Shown here in pieces: positions 62,363 through 64,000 of a stretch of DNA of 64,000 nt. Every line of letters starts with the position of its first letter. Position 1 is the stretch's first letter. This DNA comes from Macrostomum lignano (taxonomy: Eukaryota), in assembly GCA_002269645.1 (NCBI GenBank), contig NIVC01001180.1:186001-250000 (forward strand), written 5' to 3'. Below the pieces are notes generated by a model. It searched no databases, was not told the DNA's origin, and was given only the letters and a program-made list of their open reading frames with translations. Both the position numbers and the translations under genes were made by a program.

Positions 62363-62827
62363 TATAGTAGGGCATTATTTTAGGAACGGGAAATTTTGTG
62401 GGTCCAATTATGCTTTTACCCTACTATCAGTAGTTTCAACCCGGGGAAATAATTAGAGCGGGGTAAGTAATAAAATTGGGGTTCCTTTAGAACTACAGAG
62501 CAGTTGGGCTCTTGGGAAAGAAAAGTTGTTGTTGTTGGAGTGTCTTCGAACTTGGAAAACTCACAAGAAAAGCGGTAAGAAGGGGAAATAAATAAAAGGA
62601 ATATAATTTAGGCGTGCACAGAGGAGTCTTGCCTCTAAATCTATAAACTGGGAGTCTTGCCCAACGCACAACAGAAAACTTAAGTATAGGAACTAATGTA
62701 AAACCAAACTTTTGTACAATCAAGTAACCATTTCCGTTTTTTTTATTATTAAAACTTTTTGTGTTAACTAAATCTAAATTGGTGTCCTGACTCAGTTCTT
62801 TAAACCTAAAGCTAGAATTAGGGAACA
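62363..62827 (+). repeat. 3' LTR (with an 11-nt insertion near its end)
   Basis: Matches the 5' LTR; GCTA[GAATTAGGGAA]CA at the end. Confidence 0.9.
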
Positions 62828-62934
62828 GCAGGAACCTGGTGGCAGCGAACTACCAAACATTAAAACAGTACCGCAGATAATAATCCACTCATAATCCTTA
62901 GCAAATAAGAAACCAGTAGCTTAACCGCGAGGAC
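62828..62934 (+). mobile_element. Second PBS plus truncated 5' leader directly after the 3' LTR
   Basis: TGGTGGCAGCG at 62837-47 and leader AACTACCAAACATTAAAACAGT..TAATCCACTC..CCGCGAGGAC matching 55075-55153. Confidence 0.88.
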
Positions 62935-64000
62935 ACGCCCATCTCATTAGTATATTTGTTAAGTGCCACCTCACTAAGGAACATTTCTATATTAAAATTC
63001 TCCTCCTCTGACAATAATGTCTCTGGCAGAAGCAAGCTGACAATATAGCAAAAAACTTGTATAGTTTAGACTCTGCACTCATTCATTATAGTGTCACCTA
63101 CTAGATTTAATAGACAGATAACAAAAATTCTATAATAGGTAGTCTGATTCCCTATATCCACAAAGCTTTCCTGATGCTGCCTTTTATTTGGTGAGGGCAG
63201 ACTTGGCACTACCATTGTTCTAGATTGTAATTGAGACTATCTTGCTATGCAATTGCAAAGTCAAATCTAGATGTTGGTAAAGACTTCATTAAATAGCATT
63301 TGATGTAGCACATGCTAGCTTGCTATATGTTACCTTCAAAATAAATGAATGATAAGCAAGTACAGTATTGTTAGGCCTAGCCTAGTCCTCTGCTTAAAAA
63401 TATTAAGATATATACAACTTTAGTTCTACACAGTAAAAACTGTATTAAATACTACATTGATATATGACACATTTTAATGTGGAATTTAATGCGGGATTCA
63501 ATGCAAAGTTTCAACATAAAACTAATTGAAGAATTAACAAATTATATAATCTAGACAAAATTAACCATATCTTTTTTATGTTCTTTATTAATAATTAATA
63601 TTCCTAAGCCTATTCAATATAGAATTCAATATGGGATTTCTTATACTAAACTTGACTTGGCTTCTTAAGCCTATTATTCAATATAGAATTTAACGTCCTT
63701 GAATAGAAAAAAAAATAGACCATTTTGTCCTTGTCTAATAGGGAGTATTTTGTTATTGTATGGCATCCCCTATGTATCAATGATTAAGGCAGGATAGCAC
63801 TGTGCCTGCGTCAAATGCATCTAGCCTTCAATGCAGACCAATACAATAGCCAATAAGGCTTCTTTTTCCTGAGGGGTTTCGACATGCAATTTGCTTGATT
63901 GAAAGACTTGTAGTGAAAAACATTCAAATGTGTGTTGTGTTTTTCTGTGAATCTTTTTCTTTTTTTAAATGGCAAAAATTAAGTTCAAAATGCATTTTTT

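Larger units (their letters stand above)
54602..62827 (+). mobile_element. Ty3/Gypsy LTR retrotransposon (gag, pol PR-RT-RH-IN, extra ORF3)
   Basis: Near-identical LTRs, PBS, PPT, and domain order RT-RH-IN. Confidence 0.96.

Overview
Eukaryotic, intron-containing, minisatellite-rich animal DNA. GC3-rich exons, AT-rich introns and dense 20-45 bp tandem arrays resemble the flatworm Macrostomum lignano; the species is an inference only. No rRNA, true tRNA or CRISPR features were found. Host genes, reconstructed by hand with phase-consistent GT-AG junctions: an intronless nucleoplasmin-family gene (+), a 4-exon alpha/beta-type syntrophin (+), a 4-exon CGRRF1-like RING E3 ligase (-), a 2-exon uncharacterised coiled-coil gene (-), purine nucleoside phosphorylase (-; first exon not found) and a candidate 72-aa membrane microprotein (+). 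About 22 kb (13-35.6 kb) is gene-free, with unique islands between roughly 15 satellites. The right third is a transposon cluster: a DD34D mariner, a CMC/EnSpm-like TIR element carrying a spliced coiled-coil gene, a Tc1 foldback, a Crypton-type tyrosine recombinase pseudogene and a young Ty3/Gypsy element. The Gypsy element has a GGGAAAC -1 frameshift site, a non-Env third ORF of unknown function, and a second PBS plus leader after its 3' LTR. Best novelty candidates: the Gypsy ORF3, a recurring 15-bp terminal motif that may define the ends of the recombinase element, and the gene carried by the CMC-like element.
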